From the NCBI RefSeq assembly GCF_006345805.1, contig NC_042998.1, positions 51,026,001 through 51,090,000 of the forward strand: 64,000 nucleotides of DNA. Direction: 5' to 3'. Made by a program: the position numbers and the translations under genes. Under the pieces are notes generated by a model. It did no database searches. It was not told the DNA's origin and saw only the letters and a program-made list of their open reading frames with translations. This DNA comes from Octopus sinensis. Lineage: Eukaryota. Of this stretch, positions 12,135-25,612 are shown piece by piece (positions within the stretch are counted from its first letter, which is position 1; each line of letters begins with the position of its first letter).

Positions 12135-12911
12135 TACAGAACATGTCAAGCTGAGTTTTAAAAAGTGGTTGCCCTTGCATACAGGCTCACCCCCTGCAAC
12201 CCTCTCCTATGAGTATACCTAATCTCACAGGTTCATAGGTGCAGGTGTCATGTAAAAAGCACCTGTGCTGGTGCTACATAAAAGCACCCAGTACACTCTG
12301 TAAAATTGTTGATATTAGGGAGGGCATCCGGCCATAGAAACCATGCCAAAACAGACAGGGAGCATGAACAGCCCTTCAGTTGGTCAGCTCCTGTTAGACC
12401 ATCTAACCCATGCCAGCATGGAAAACAGACGTCAAATGATGATGATGATGGTGGTAATGATGATGATGACCCACAATATCAAATTATGCAGCAGGATCAA
12501 ACCATGAGAAGGTGTGAGCTGAGATTCTGTAGACATTTCTATGAATGCTTTAGCACAACAAAAACAGTAGAATCTCACAGCTATGTCTATTGATCACCTC
12601 GGATTACTTTAGGTTGTTGTGTATGTGATGCTCAAGACAAAGAAAAAAAATCTAATTCATTTTTGGAATAGTAGATCTCAAAAAAAAAAAAAGATTAAGC
12701 TGCAAAGAAAAGCATGTAAATATTGGTTTGAAACCCTTTTGGACAGAAGTCAAAAGTCATCTATAGGACATGAAACAATGCTATTATTTATAGCAAGCTA
12801 GCAGAATTGTCAGAGTTATCAATTGCGATTTTCAGAAATTATAAGGCTTTTCACTACATAGTAGATTGCCCTCTGGATACAATCTTGCAATATCTTTGCA
12901 TCTGAAAGGTA

Positions 12912-13995
12912 ATCAGCTGGCAGAAATGGTAGCATGTTGGGCGAAATGCTTAGCAGTATTTCATCTGCCATTATGTTCTGAGATCAAATTCCACCAAGGC
13001 TGACTGCCTTTCATCCTTTCGGGGTCGCTAAATTAAGTACCAGTTACGCACTGGAGTCGATGTAATCAACTTAATCCCTTTGTCTGTCCTTGTTTGACCC
13101 CTCTATGTTTAGCCCCTTGTGGGCAATAAAGAAATAAGAAACGTTAGCATGCCGGGTGAAATGCTTAGCGGTATTTCGTCTGCCGCTACATTCTGAGTTC
13201 AAATTCCGCCGAGGTCGACTTTGCCTTTCATCCTTTCGGGGTCGATTAAATAAGTACCAGTTACACACTGGGGTCAATATAATGGACTTAATCCATTTGA
13301 CTGTCCTTGTTAGTCCCTTCTGTGTTTAGCCCCTTGTGGGTAGTAAAGAAATAGGTATTTTGTCAGCCGTTACGTTCTGAGTTCAAATTCTGCCGTGGTT
13401 GACTTTGCCTTTCATCCTTTCGGGGTTGATAAATTAAGTACCAGTTACGCACTGAGGTCGATGTAATCGACTTAATCCCTTTGTCTGTCCTTGTTTGTCC
13501 CCTCTATGTTTAGCCTCATGTGGGCAATAAAGAAAAAAAAAAGAAAAAAGAATTGTCAGCATGCTGGGCATAATACTTAGTGGTATTTCGCCCATCACTA
13601 CGTTCTCAGTTCAAATTCTGCCAAAGTCGACTTTGCTTTTCATCCTTTTGGGGTTGATAAATTAAGTACCAGTAAAACACTGGGGTCAATGTAATTGACT
13701 AGTTCCCTCCCCACAAATTTCAGGCCTTGTGCCTTTAGTAGGAAAGATTACTTATAGCTTTGTGTTTAGTGAGCTGGCAGAATTGTTGGCATGCCAGACA
13801 AAAAGCTTAACACCATTTCATCCTCCTTTACATTCTGTGTTGAAATTCTGCTAATGTCAACTTTATCTTTCATCCTTATGGCGGGGTGGGGGAGTCAATG
13901 AAATATGTACCAGTTGAGCACTGGGGTTGGTGTAACCAACTAGCCCCATTTCCCCATCAAATTTCAGGCCTCGTGTCTATAGTAAAAAGGATTAT
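12912..13995 (+). mobile_element. Second head-to-tail cluster of about 5 SINE family B copies
   Basis: Same unit as above, all in plus orientation. Confidence 0.85.
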
Positions 13996-15108
13996 TTATA
14001 GCTTGTATACTTCGAGATCCACTATTCCAAAAAAGAAATATGTCATTTTCTCCCGAAAATTTATAAAATTTTTATAACAACAGTAATTTTTTCAATAAGC
14101 CTGGTCATGAAAGAGAATTAAATATTACAATTAAAACCTAGAAAGGTTTGGCATTAATTCCTCTTGTGATAGTCAAATCCTTCTGGCCTACATTGAACCA
14201 GATTTTAGATTGACAATCCTTACAAGAATGAGAACATGTACAAGAAAAGGTTTTTAAAACACACACGAGGAGGCAAAATTATCTTCTGATGATAATTTCA
14301 TTTTGAATATTTGTTAGGAATGCAGTGATTAGAAGAGCAGAAATTAAAGTTCATGCTTTTATTTTGGCAACGAAGAAATTACTGACATGCATGGGCGTGT
14401 TAATGGAGAGTGCAAGGTTATTTTCCTTTCTGTTGTTAGCATTTTATAACAGACAGCAAGGAGTTTCTTTGTTGAATTTCATCAACTTTTGAATTTTTGT
14501 TATTTTTGATAGCCATCATAGCACATGAAAATTGATTGACTCGGCATTATGCATTCTACTGATGTCTTGCTCTTTTATAATGTCTTTTTTTCTTGTCCTA
14601 ACCCATCCTTTTATACAGTTTCCACCAATTTTCTGATTTCAATGAAATGTTCACCTATTCACTTTGCTTTTATTGCAACGAGAAGCTTGCTTCATTTGTG
14701 AAATATGTGCATTTAGGATTTTGGCACATGCATGACAGAAACTGATGATAAGTGATGAAGAATCATCAAAGAAATTTTAATTTTCTTTTCATGTTTCATA
14801 TAAAATCTAATAAAAGTCATATAAAAATCTAATAAACATAAGATTTTTCTTCCACATTTTTATATTACCATGAATATTGATAGAGCACATGGAACTAGCA
14901 GAGGTAGATTTTGTTGTGCAGATGTATTATCTTGACAATGTTCAATACGATATTTGTTACTCCTCAGAACACTTAGTATGCAAACATGAGAGTTTCTATT
15001 TGCGTACTAACTTGACATGCTATAAACAGCAGCCAAATTTCCTCAAATCACACCAAACCTACCATCTTGAGATAAGAATGGTAGATGTATTTATATATGT
15101 ATAAATTT

Positions 15109-15490
15109 AGGTGTAGGAGTGGCTGTGTGGTAAGTAGCTTGCTTACAAACCACATGGTTCTGGGTTCAGTCCCACTGCATGGCACCTTGGGCAAGTGTCT
15201 ACTGCTATAGCCTCGGGCTGACCAAAGCCTTGTGAGTGGATTTGGTAGACGGAAACTGAAAGAAGCCTGCCGTATATATGTATATATATGGATGCATGTA
15301 TGTTTGAGTATGTGTATATGTTTGTGTGTCTGTGTTTGTCCCATCAACATCACTTGACAACCGATGCTGTTGTGTTTATGTACCCGTAACTTAGCGGTTT
15401 CACAAGAGCGACTGATAAAATAAGTACTAGGCTTACAAAGAATAAGTCCTGGGGTCAATTTGCTCAACTAAAACAAGTAAAAGAGTAAAA
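15109..15490 (+). mobile_element. SINE family A copy
   Basis: Colinear with 46541-46998. Confidence 0.85.
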
Positions 15491-16492
15491 GTGTAAATCT
15501 ATGTATACGCGTCTTTGAGTCTGGGTTTTTTTTCCCCCCAAATGCTTGACAACCAGCGTTGGTGTGTTTACATCCCCATAACTTAGCAATTCAGCAAAAA
15601 GTGACCAATAGAATAAGTATGCCAGGTTTAGAGGAAAGAGTAGGTCCTGGGGTTGATTTGTTCGACTGGAACCTTTCAAGGTAGTGCCCCAACATGGCCA
15701 CGGTCAAATGAGCGAAATAAGTAAAAAGATAGAACATAAAAGGACAATAATGTAGTTAAAAGTATGAGAAAATCAAAGCTGAAATGTCTTTGATCATGAT
15801 GTCCTTGATCAGAGTTAACCTTGAGCTAAGGAATGACAACAGCAGCAACAACAGGAACAAGAACAGTAGCATATTTATGTTGCCAAATTTTAGATGAATC
15901 GCTTATGGTTTGTGACAAGAAAAAAGAAAATCTTTTTTTTGTATGTTTATTGTCACAGCTTTTTTTTTTGTTTGTTTTTGTATTTTGTAATGAATTTTAC
16001 AAAGAGTAAAAGAATACACAATGGGAATTGTTATGGACACCTCTTTTATATATGCAAAATAATGAATTTAATTGGCCCCCTTATGAAAATGTTATTTGAC
16101 AGTCATTGATCTAGTGAGAAAATCATTTTTTAGCATCAATGCAACACAACCCACTTCTGTTATCCCAGTCATCATCATCAACAGCAGCAGCAGCATTTCC
16201 ACCACCACCATCACCTATAATATGTATATGTGTGATAAAATGTATGGTCAGGTCAATGAACTTCTGGTTTGTCTTAAACTTCATTTTTATATTCTCTGTC
16301 AGTGAAATCAATGCAACTTAGCATTATTCTTAAGATACACATTTCCTGATGTAGGCAGAATTTTCCACTGATCTAGTATGAATTTGTCAGTGTGGGGGCA
16401 TTTATTTTAAAAGAGTTTCATGCATACCAAATTTTTGCAGTTTATAATGTCTGTGTGTGTGTGTGTGTATACATGGGTGTGTATGTATGTAT

Positions 16493-16529
<37 letters not shown>

Positions 16530-16686
16530 GAGAGGGAGAGAAAGGGATTAGTTACAGGATTTATTAGAATTTAGACATATCAACAACAAGCAGGTCACTA
16601 AGATTGGCTGAGTGTCATAACATGAGTTCATACCAAGGTAAAACAATGATTAGGTATCATTTGTTGGTACTGTACTGAAGGTAGAA

Positions 16687-16758
<72 letters not shown>

Positions 16759-17199
16759 CAGAGAGAGAGAGAGAGAGAGAGACAGTGCAATGGGTAAATT
16801 GTCACCATTTTATATTTATAAACCACATCCAGTTTCGGCCCCTACTCCTCTACTGTTTTGACATGGCGGGGCCCCCTCTTTTGGAGGTGTCCTCAGCTCT
16901 GGTGTTGAGTGCATGTCCTCTTTCTTCTGTTCCCTGGTCTCTTTGATGTTGCATCAACAAGTGTCAGAAGGCGACTGCCTGTCTTGTGAAATTTCCCTTT
17001 AAAGTGAGCAGTCAATTTTTTGATAGGAAAAATAACACGGCTTATAGACCATGACTTTCATAGAGCACAAACGTACACAAGTACACAGACATACACACAC
17101 ATGTTAATGCTCACATGGATTTGAGGGAGGGGTGGAAATAAAGGAAGGACCAACTTTACATCATGTGTAGATGTATATGTATACATATATGTGCACTTG

Positions 17200-17420
17200 T
17201 AAGTAATAAGCTGGGTGTAGCATCTGCTATTGAAATAAGGTTTGCACCTTTCCAGTGCTCTCCACATGATACTGTAATCCACAGCACTTTCCTTCAGTGA
17301 CCATATGTGTCTTGCTAGGCCAGTAACATTTTGCCATTCCTGGATATTAAAAGAAGACTTGTGGTTGTTAAAACTGTTGCTGAAAGGACCTTCTATCATG
17401 CCCACATATTTCTGCACACT
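17200..17420 (-). mobile_element. Penelope-like element GIY-YIG endonuclease remnant
   Basis: Translates KYVGMIEGPFSNSFNNHKSSFN...GLARHIWSLKESAVDYSIMWRALERCKPY, the typical PLE endonuclease pattern (YVG...F...NH...F...L..HIW.LK....W). Confidence 0.75.
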
Positions 17421-17440
17421 TGTCTTATATCAATGACATT

Positions 17441-17494
<54 letters not shown>

Positions 17495-17503
<9 letters not shown>

Positions 17504-18290
17504 GTTCTTGTCCCATTTTGTGTTTTTTATATATAATTTTTATACATATATTATTGCGGCGTAATGTACACCTTGTTCCCTTATGTATGTAAACATTCCA
17601 TTAGTAGTACGACTTCTACACACTTTCTCTATACCTCACTGTTCTGTCTGTCTTTCTCTCTTCTTGCCTCTGATTCCTTTTGTCTCCTCTTCCCCCACAC
17701 TCACACATTTCTGTCTTTCTCACTTTGCCCCTTTGATTCTGTTGCCAAGCCAAACTTTGGCGCACTCTGTTTCTTCCCCCCTCCCTCTCTCTCTTTGATT
17801 CCTTTGCCCCCTTGTTTTTTTCTCTCTCTTCTTCTCTATTCTCACGTGACCTGCTGGCCACTAACCCTTTCCGCTGGTGACCGCTGCTGTGACAACACGG
17901 TTTTTCTCTTCATCTGACGAAAAGGCAGATAAGTTCATTTGTTTTGTCTAAAGTCGTAAGACACCCGCTGTTTTTGTCCCGTTATTACCATTCTTGTTTT
18001 TAATTTTATTTTTGTTTTTTGTATCTATATTCATGTGGTATCGTCCGTTTTTCTGTCCCTCTTTTGTATACATTCGATCCTTTTTCCAAGAAATCTAATG
18101 CTCGCAGCTTAGTTTTTCCTTGGGGCTGGCCGGGTCTGAGCGATATCAGGATTTATCAGCCGAAATTTGCTATGATGATCTGGTTCCTGACTGAAGATTA
18201 GAGGCTTTGAATGACCCGTCCGTTTTTTGTGTCGTCTCTTTGTGTATTTTGCGTTCGTGTCCCATTTTGTGTTTTTTATATATAATTTTT

Positions 18291-18295
<5 letters not shown>
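17495..18295. mobile_element. Penelope-like pseudo-LTR region with terminal direct repeat
   Basis: tattttgcgttc(t/g)tgtcccattttgtgttttttatatata occurs at about 17496 and about 18245; CpG-rich; adjacent to the GIY-YIG remnant; embedded in (TA)n. Confidence 0.5.
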
Positions 18296-18330
<35 letters not shown>

Positions 18331-19039
18331 TATATATATACATACATGTCCATGTTTGTTTATATATATGGGTTAAGAGAGTATACAGATGTCCACTACT
18401 GGACATATCCCTCTTTATGCCTGAAGGTTTATTGGTCATATAACTGACTTGTTAACACTGCCATACACATTTGATTCTTGCCAGGTGCTCTATCATCCAT
18501 AATATTTCTTTTTTGCTAGCTAAATGGAATGAAGCAATGCAAAGCAAAATGTCTTGCCCATGGACACAGCACATATCCTGGATTGAGAAGTGAACCCGAG
18601 CTCAGTTGCCTAATCATAATGCCGTATGTTTTCCTTTATGCACACACACATCAAAATCCTGATCAACATTTTTACATCTGCTTCTTCCATGTTGGCATGG
18701 GTGGAATGGTACTTCTAGAAGTAGTGTTAAGTGGCAAATCCTTACTTGTTCTATTGTGAGATATTCAACTTCTTCACTCCTTTTCTCAATATTAGGTCTA
18801 ACTTAGACATCTTCCTCACTTTAATAGACACTTTCCTCCTAGCACAAGTACAGGATTGTTCAATAGGCATTGAGTTCAGGTCATTCATAGCTGCACTCAT
18901 AGCATGAAACAAATTACATCATATAAACCCACCCCAATTATTGAGATAATATGTTTATGCAGACACACTATGGCATGTAGCTGAATGACTGTGTAACAAG
19001 TGACAATTTCACAACCATACCACTTCATTCATACCACAA

Positions 19040-20420
19040 AACTCACATGCTATACTTGGTAGTTAAAAGATATATAAACATCATTAGGAAGACTGCTGAA
19101 AAATGCAAACTGTATGAATGTTACCAAGAAATCAAGCCTTGTATTTTAAAAAAGAGTATATATCTAAACAACTTGTGGAAACCTAGATTGCATATTAATC
19201 CTAAGATGGACTTCTTCAGCTCCTGCATACACGAAAAAATTAATACTTAGATACTGGATACCCACCTCCCATTCATAAGCTCCCCTTAGCCAAATGGAAA
19301 AGTTTTATCTTTTCCCCATAAACTTTTACTCTCCTCCCAACCAAATATTTTGCTTCAGTCTGTAGACAACTAGCAGATATCTTCAAAGAACACATCAAAT
19401 TAAATGAAATCACCAGCAGCTGCGAGAATGCCATCATGATACTTTTATATAATAAACGGTGCATAAAAGATCTTAAAAACTACAGAAGTATCAGTATCCT
19501 TTCTAACTTGTATAAACTATTCACCAAAGTGCTCACAAAAACCATCAATACAGTCTTAGACTTCAATCAACCAAAGGAACAAGTAAAGTTCAGAAGTGCA
19601 TTTTCAACAAATGACTATTTACAGGTCACAAACCAAGTTATCCAGAAACATGAAGAATATAAGCAACCTTTATGTTTAGACTTTATTGATTATGAGAAAG
19701 CCTTTGAATCTATAGCAATCCCAGCTGTACTTTTATTGATCAGGGAATATGTCAAACTTATATAAAGATTATTAAGAAAACCTATAACCAGAGAATATCA
19801 TCTATAAGACTTCACACTGAAAGTGAAAAAAAAAAATCAATATTCAAAGAATAGAAAGGAAATGAGATATAATATCGCCCAAACTCTTTAATGCTGCACT
19901 AGAAGGCATCTTTATAAAGCTTAACTGAAATGAAAAAGGAATAAATGTAATTGGTGAATTTTTAAGTCATTTACGCTTTACTGATGACATAGTCTTCTGA
20001 AATGATGCTCGTGAACTGGAACAAAGATTCAATGAACTGAACAGTGAAAGCAACAAGGCAGGACTAAAATAAATATGAAGAAATCACAAGTTATGGTCAG
20101 CAGTCATGCAACAAGTGAAGTCATCAAAGCCGACTATGATACTATAATAATAACTGGCAAATATATTTATTTTGGACAGCTGACAAAAGGAAGTGAAAGG
20201 AAGTGAAAAGATGAAATCAAGCTGAATGGTGCAAATTAAATGACACCATGAAAATTAAGAAGCCACTATGCCAGAAGTGTAGTGTGTCTGACCAGTGTTT
20301 TATTTCAGCAAATGACTTACAGAACAGAGACACAAGTTGAGACGAAAAAAAAAATGAAACCGAAGCTTAGAACGACACAAACAGGAATGAAAAAAATGAA
20401 TGTTTGAAATCAGTAAAAGA
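19040..20420 (+). mobile_element. Decayed RTE-clade LINE reverse transcriptase
   Basis: KDLKNYRSISILSNLYKLFTKVL...DFNQPKEQ..FRSAFSTNDYL...EEYKQPLCLDFIDYEKAFES, followed by frameshifted SPKLFNA and HLRFTDDIV. Confidence 0.9.
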
Positions 20421-20755
20421 AAGATGAAAGACTCATCAATAGACAAGGCTGTGTGGTTAAGAAGCTCACCTAGAAACTACATGGATTCAGGTTCAGTCCC
20501 ACTGTGTAGCACCTTGGGAAAAACAGGTGAAGTTTGACGGCAAGGACATCTGGCCATAGAAAATCTGTGTGTGTGTGTGTGTGTGTGTGTGTATGCGTGT
20601 GTGGTGTGTGTGTGTGTGTGCGTGTGTGTGCACATGACATTGAGTATGTATGTATATGATTATATATATTTGTTTTGTATCTTGAGAGGATCATTTTTCC
20701 AAAATCACATGTACTGGTTGTATATATATGTATATATATATATATATATATACAT

Positions 20756-20788
<33 letters not shown>

Positions 20789-20882
20789 CATACACACACA
20801 TATATATATATACACATACGTATATATATATATATAATATATATATATATACACATACGTATATATATATATATACACATAC

Positions 20883-20920
<38 letters not shown>

Positions 20921-20926
<6 letters not shown>

Positions 20927-21212
20927 GTCAGACAATGAGAATAAGTGCTCAACAGTGTATTGGTGAATAGAATTTCTTTATTTGTATACTAAGTCTACCA
21001 TTGGTTTCATGTTAAGAAAAATATCTTAATATCTTAACAATTTTTCAAGCTGATCACATGGAGGAATGGTGTTCATCTCCATTTTATCCAAAATGGAAAT
21101 GAGTATCTTTCCTCCATGTGACCAACTTACCAATGCCAGTCTTAGTACACAAATAAAGAAATTCTATCCACCAATGCGGTTTGAGCACTCATTCTCATCA
21201 TTCGACATTTAT
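20921..21212. mobile_element. TA-flanked MITE with about 85-bp TIRs and an internal hairpin; truncated sibling at about 30775-30945
   Basis: ataaatgtcagacaatgagaataagtgctcaa matches the reverse complement of 21130-21212. Confidence 0.75.
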
Positions 21213-21712
21213 GTATCAGTGCTTCCAACGTCCCCAAACACCGGTTAAGCACTAAACATGAACAGAGAATCAAAACAAATCATGGGAAAACATGAAATAC
21301 ATATATATATATATATATATATATGTGGATTGGTGGATGGATGAATATACACACATATATGCATATTTGTATGCATATTTGTGTAGATGCATATCTATCT
21401 ATATTCATATCTACCTATGTGTGTGAATGTGTACATAAATGACTACAAAAATATACATGTGCACATGGATCAACATATATCTTACAAATACCTTGATGTC
21501 TGACAATAAGCCTTACTGTACTGCTGTTCCTCAAATGCAACAAGTCACCATGCAAACCAAAATCATGCAAATCAAAGGAGTTTTTTTTTTAAACTTGTCA
21601 TTCTTTCACAAATTCAACACTTAGAAAACAGCCAACTAAAGCATTACAGCATCATAATTATCTTGATTTCATCTTGAGATGCACTGAACTTGCAAAACAT
21701 TTCATTGTTCAT

Positions 21713-21945
21713 GGCGGCAAGCTGGCAGAAACGTTAATGTGCCAGGTGAAATGCTTAGTGGTATTTCGTCCGCCGTTACATTCTGAGTTCAAATTCCACC
21801 GAGGTCGACTTTGCCTTTCATCCTTTCGGGGTTAATAAATTAAGTACCAGTTATGCACTGGGGTCGATGTAATTGACTTAATTCTTTTGTCTGTCCTTGT
21901 TTATCTCCTCTATGTTTATCCCCTTGTAGGTAGTAAAGAAATAGG
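21713..21945 (+). mobile_element. SINE family B copy
   Basis: Full unit ending gtagtaaagaaatagg. Confidence 0.85.
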
Positions 21946-22059
21946 TATAAATGTTCTCTTTGGAATTCTCTTTCAGAATAGACCAATTTTGTCAGCATTA
22001 AATATTTGTTTTAAAGAACAGAAACTTATTATTTTAGTTAATTATGACACAAGCTAAAT

Positions 22060-22530
22060 TCTTGGTCAGCTTTCTTATCACTTGAACCATCTTTGCCATA
22101 CAACTTTGATAATATGTAGAAGAAATCTTTGATTTGAAAATTTTTTAAGCCATCTCTTACTGCCTGAAAATCCAAGTTGTAGTTGATTAAATGTCTGATT
22201 TGTAATGTTGATTAGATTAAAAATTCTTACTACTCTTTGTCTTACAGCAAAGCTGACTATAGGCAATCTTTTACAGTTTTATCTTCTATCCAAAATAAAA
22301 GCACTTTCTTTGTTGTTTCTATAATGTTACTATATATGCACATGTTTAAACTTAAGGTTGTACAATTATAATATGATACAATCTTTGTTTCTTTAAGGTG
22401 TTCTCAGAGTTGCTTTGCCTATTTTGAACTGTTTCACAGTTTCTATCAAGTCATTTCCAATCTGAAGTTGATTTAATATTTCAGTTCTTGTCTCCTGAGA
22501 AATTGACTCTCACTTACTTTTGGTCTGATG
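22060..22530 (-). mobile_element. Decayed Tigger/pogo-like transposase N-terminus
   Basis: ISQETRTEILNQLQIG...FKIGKAT..., LFWIEDK, GFSGSKRWLKKF: CENP-B-type HTH pattern, frameshifted. Confidence 0.65.
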
Positions 22531-22943
22531 TATGAAACACTATTTCTTAATCTCAATAATATTTAACAAACTACAAAATAAAAAAGAAATTGCTTTAATG
22601 TGCGCTACTTTAGTGTATAGTCTACCGCAGTAGCTTAAAAGTGAAATAAACGTAAGAAAGGGAAATAAAAAAGAAAAATATGAAATGGAAACAATAAAAT
22701 TACAAAGTGATATTTGAAAATGGTTTGAGTAAAGTAAAACACCTGGAAAAAAATTACAACCAAATTGAAAATCACACTGAAATGAAACCATGCAACCCAA
22801 TCATTGTGTAAACTGAGGGATAACTGATCATCATCATCATCATCATCATCACCACCATCACCATCACCATCACCATCACCACCACCACCACCACCACCAC
22901 CACCAAGTAACGAGTCGATATCCTCCACCATCATCACTACAGG

Positions 22944-23125
22944 AACAGGAGACTGTTTTAGTTGAAGAATGGACAAAAATTCCTTTGGAAACAATTAAAA
23001 CTTTGTACAAGTTCATACCTCATAGAATTCAAGCTGTAATTACTGCCAAAGGTAGTCCAACTCCATATTAAAATAAATTTGTTTAAAATTTTAAGGTATT
23101 TCCATTATTTTGTCCAACCACTGTA
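22944..23125 (+). mobile_element. Tc1-like transposon 3' end with TIR
   Basis: LVEEWTKIPLETIKTLYKFIPHRIQAVITAKGSPTPY*, then ttttgtccaaccactg-TA. Confidence 0.8.
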
Positions 23126-23569
23126 TATACATATATATGGGGTTTTACATTCACTATTCCATGCTCATATGCGTTGGAAAGAAATTTGTTTATATTGTGT
23201 GTGTGTGTGTATGTGTGTGTCAAATGGTCAAATGTTCCCCAACTCATCTTCTGATACCCACTCTTCCATCAGTCTTCTATATTATCCTGTGTTTTTTTTC
23301 CACTTCTCTCAACCCTCAGCTGATATCCTCTGTATTCAACTCATCTGTCACACTATTTTTAATCAGTCACTAGACATCCACCTTTTTCCCTTCTTCTATC
23401 CTACTTTCTCTCATATTCTTATTGTACCTGGACCTTCTTTCTTTCTCTCTTTCACTTTCCAGATGGGCAAGCCATATATTCACTTCCCCTACTATCAGAG
23501 TTCCTTATCCCTCTAGTTTATAGCCCACTCAGTTGAGGTGTCTTATATATATGCCCTTTTGCAACGCAG

Positions 23570-23880
23570 CAAACAGAGATCATATAGTTCATAGAGAAGA
23601 TGAAAGAATCCCAAAGCATTTTCTCTATGGAGAACTATGTTCTCGTAGGGAAGGGGGGCCCTGAGAAACCAAAAGTTAAGATACGAAGACTGCTTTTAAA
23701 TTCGATCTGACACAAGGAATTATCTATGTGGGAAATTGGAAGAAAAATGCAATTGATAGGGCATCACAGAATGCAAATATAATATTGACGATGTGTCCAA
23801 GCTTTTCGAAGAGACAAAATTGAAACAAAACACTAGAAAAGGAAACCATCATAAATATCAATAATTCCTTCCAAAGGTGA
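23570..23880 (+). mobile_element. Decayed RTE/BovB-like LINE C-terminal fragment
   Basis: EDERIPKHFLYGEL...QKLRYED...NWKKNAIDR motifs across frameshifts. Confidence 0.65.
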
Positions 23881-24141
23881 ACTAAGCTACTCTTTCTAAG
23901 GTTGGTCATGTTTATCATTCAAAGGTTCACAAAGAACACACACATACACATATGCACACATACACACATGCATGCACACACACACACACACGCATGCACA
24001 CACACACACATGTACACACACACATACACACACACACATGTATATATAAAATATGCAAAGATTTTTGGTAAGCAATGTCAGTTTTACAATTCTGTAAATA
24101 ATAACAATAATATTTTACAAGCTTAAAGTTTACAAGTGATC

Positions 24142-24280
24142 ACTAAAGAAAATAGTCTAGTATTGGGGCATATAAGCCCTTGACAGAAAAAAAGTAGGGC
24201 TTTTGTATGCATGCATATGAAAACCCTACTTTTTTCTGTCAAGGGCTTATATGCCCCAATATTACATTATTTTCTTTAGT
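24142..24280. repeat. About 140-bp near-perfect palindrome
   Basis: tattggggcatataagcccttgacagaaaaaa / ttttttctgtcaagggcttatatgccccaata. Confidence 0.9.
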
Positions 24281-24534
24281 CATTACACAGAGATTGCTTA
24301 TAAGCTCTAAGCTTATAAAATATTAACACATAAAATATATAATAATAAAGTCAAACCAAATATTGATAATTTTGAATATGTTTAATACATGTGTTTCTGA
24401 TCACTGAGCAGGTGAGAAGAATTCATCTCTTACATAATATCTTCTTCAGTTCATAGCAAAATATTAATATTAAGTTTGATTGTATTATTATATGTCATAT
24501 GACTTCAAGCCATTACAAGCTAGTCTGTCCTTAC

Positions 24535-24620
24535 TTGATTTAGCTGGATATTCCATCAAGGATTTGGTACAGTTTGTACTACTGAACCAAGTAAAACAAT
24601 TCAAGTACAGTACATCACTT
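24535..24620 (-). CDS. Candidate next exon (xSDVLYLNCFTWFSSTNCTKSLMEYPAKSx)
   Basis: ttgttatgcttag|A...TCAA|gtaagg. Only the phase-2 frame is open, matching the phase-2 end of the 26325 exon. Could be chance. Confidence 0.3.
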
Positions 24621-24889
24621 CTAAGCATAACAAGTATGTGAGAGTGTGTGTGTTTGTGTTATCATTATTACCCTTTAATGTCCACTTTCCATGCAGGCAT
24701 GGGTTGGACAATCTGACCAGAGCTAGCAAGCCAGAGATTTGGCTTGGTTTCTACAGCTGGATGCTCTTCCTAATATCAATCATTTCAAAATGTGTTCTGG
24801 GTGCTTTTAATGTGGCAATGACACAACTGCTTTTACATGGCACCATCACAAGTGCTTTTTATGTGACGCTGGCACAGGACTCTAACAGG

Positions 24890-25432
24890 TTAGTCCTCTC
24901 CATCAAGAAGAAAGGCCTTAACACTTCTGGTGTGGAGAACGGGTCTTCTTGAGTACAGCAAAACAGCAGATATCTTGGTCCATTGTCATCAACTCTGAAA
25001 GGTTCAGTGTCCTTAGGTTATCCTTTAGTACTTCTCTTTTCTTCTTGGGTCTCCCTCTTCCATGAGTTCCATCCACTTTGAGGGATCAGTATTTCTTTAA
25101 GGAGCTATCAGCATCTGCATCACATGACAAAACCAGCGTAGTCTTCTCTTTTGCACACTGCATCTAATTCCCCTTATGCCTAACTTTTCTCTCAACACAC
25201 TACCACTATGTTACAAATGTACACTTACATTACACATCCAGTAGAGCATACTAGCTTCATTCCTTTCTAGTCTTCACATGTCCTCTACATTCAGATCCCA
25301 TGTCTCATTACAATGTAGAATTACTGTTCGTATACATGTATCATACAGCCTTCCTTTCACTTGGAAAGAGAGCCCTGTAGTTGCCAACAGAGGTAAAAGT
25401 TCTCTGAATTTTCTCCATCCTATTCTTATTCT
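24890..25432 (-). mobile_element. RTE-clade LINE 3' fragment
   Basis: RIRIGWRKFRELLPLL...KGRLYDTCIRTVILHCNETW...RLERNEASML.WMCNV...LREKLGIRGI...RRLRWFCHVM. Confidence 0.85.
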
Positions 25433-25436
25433 GTTT

Positions 25437-25483
<47 letters not shown>

Positions 25484-25576
25484 ATAGGGAGAATTCATGA
25501 AAAAAACATAAGACAAAGACAGGTGGTGTAGAAAACAAACAGATGTATTAGTATAACGCTCACGAATTGAAAAAAT

Positions 25577-25612
25577 CTTTTACGTTTCGAGCCTATGCTC
25601 TTCCACAGAAAG
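25577..25612 (-). ncRNA. Minimal hammerhead-like motif, core variant (CUGUGGA), loop-less palindromic stem III
   Basis: Minus strand: CTTT CTGTGGA A GAGC-ATAG-GCTC GAAA CG TA AAAG. Confidence 0.5.

Noticed and set aside
14319-14417. Plus-strand 99-nt open exon-like segment (NAVIRRAEIKVHAF...)
   Set aside because: Weak donor; alternate frames resemble a decayed mariner HTH, so a TE relic is more likely.
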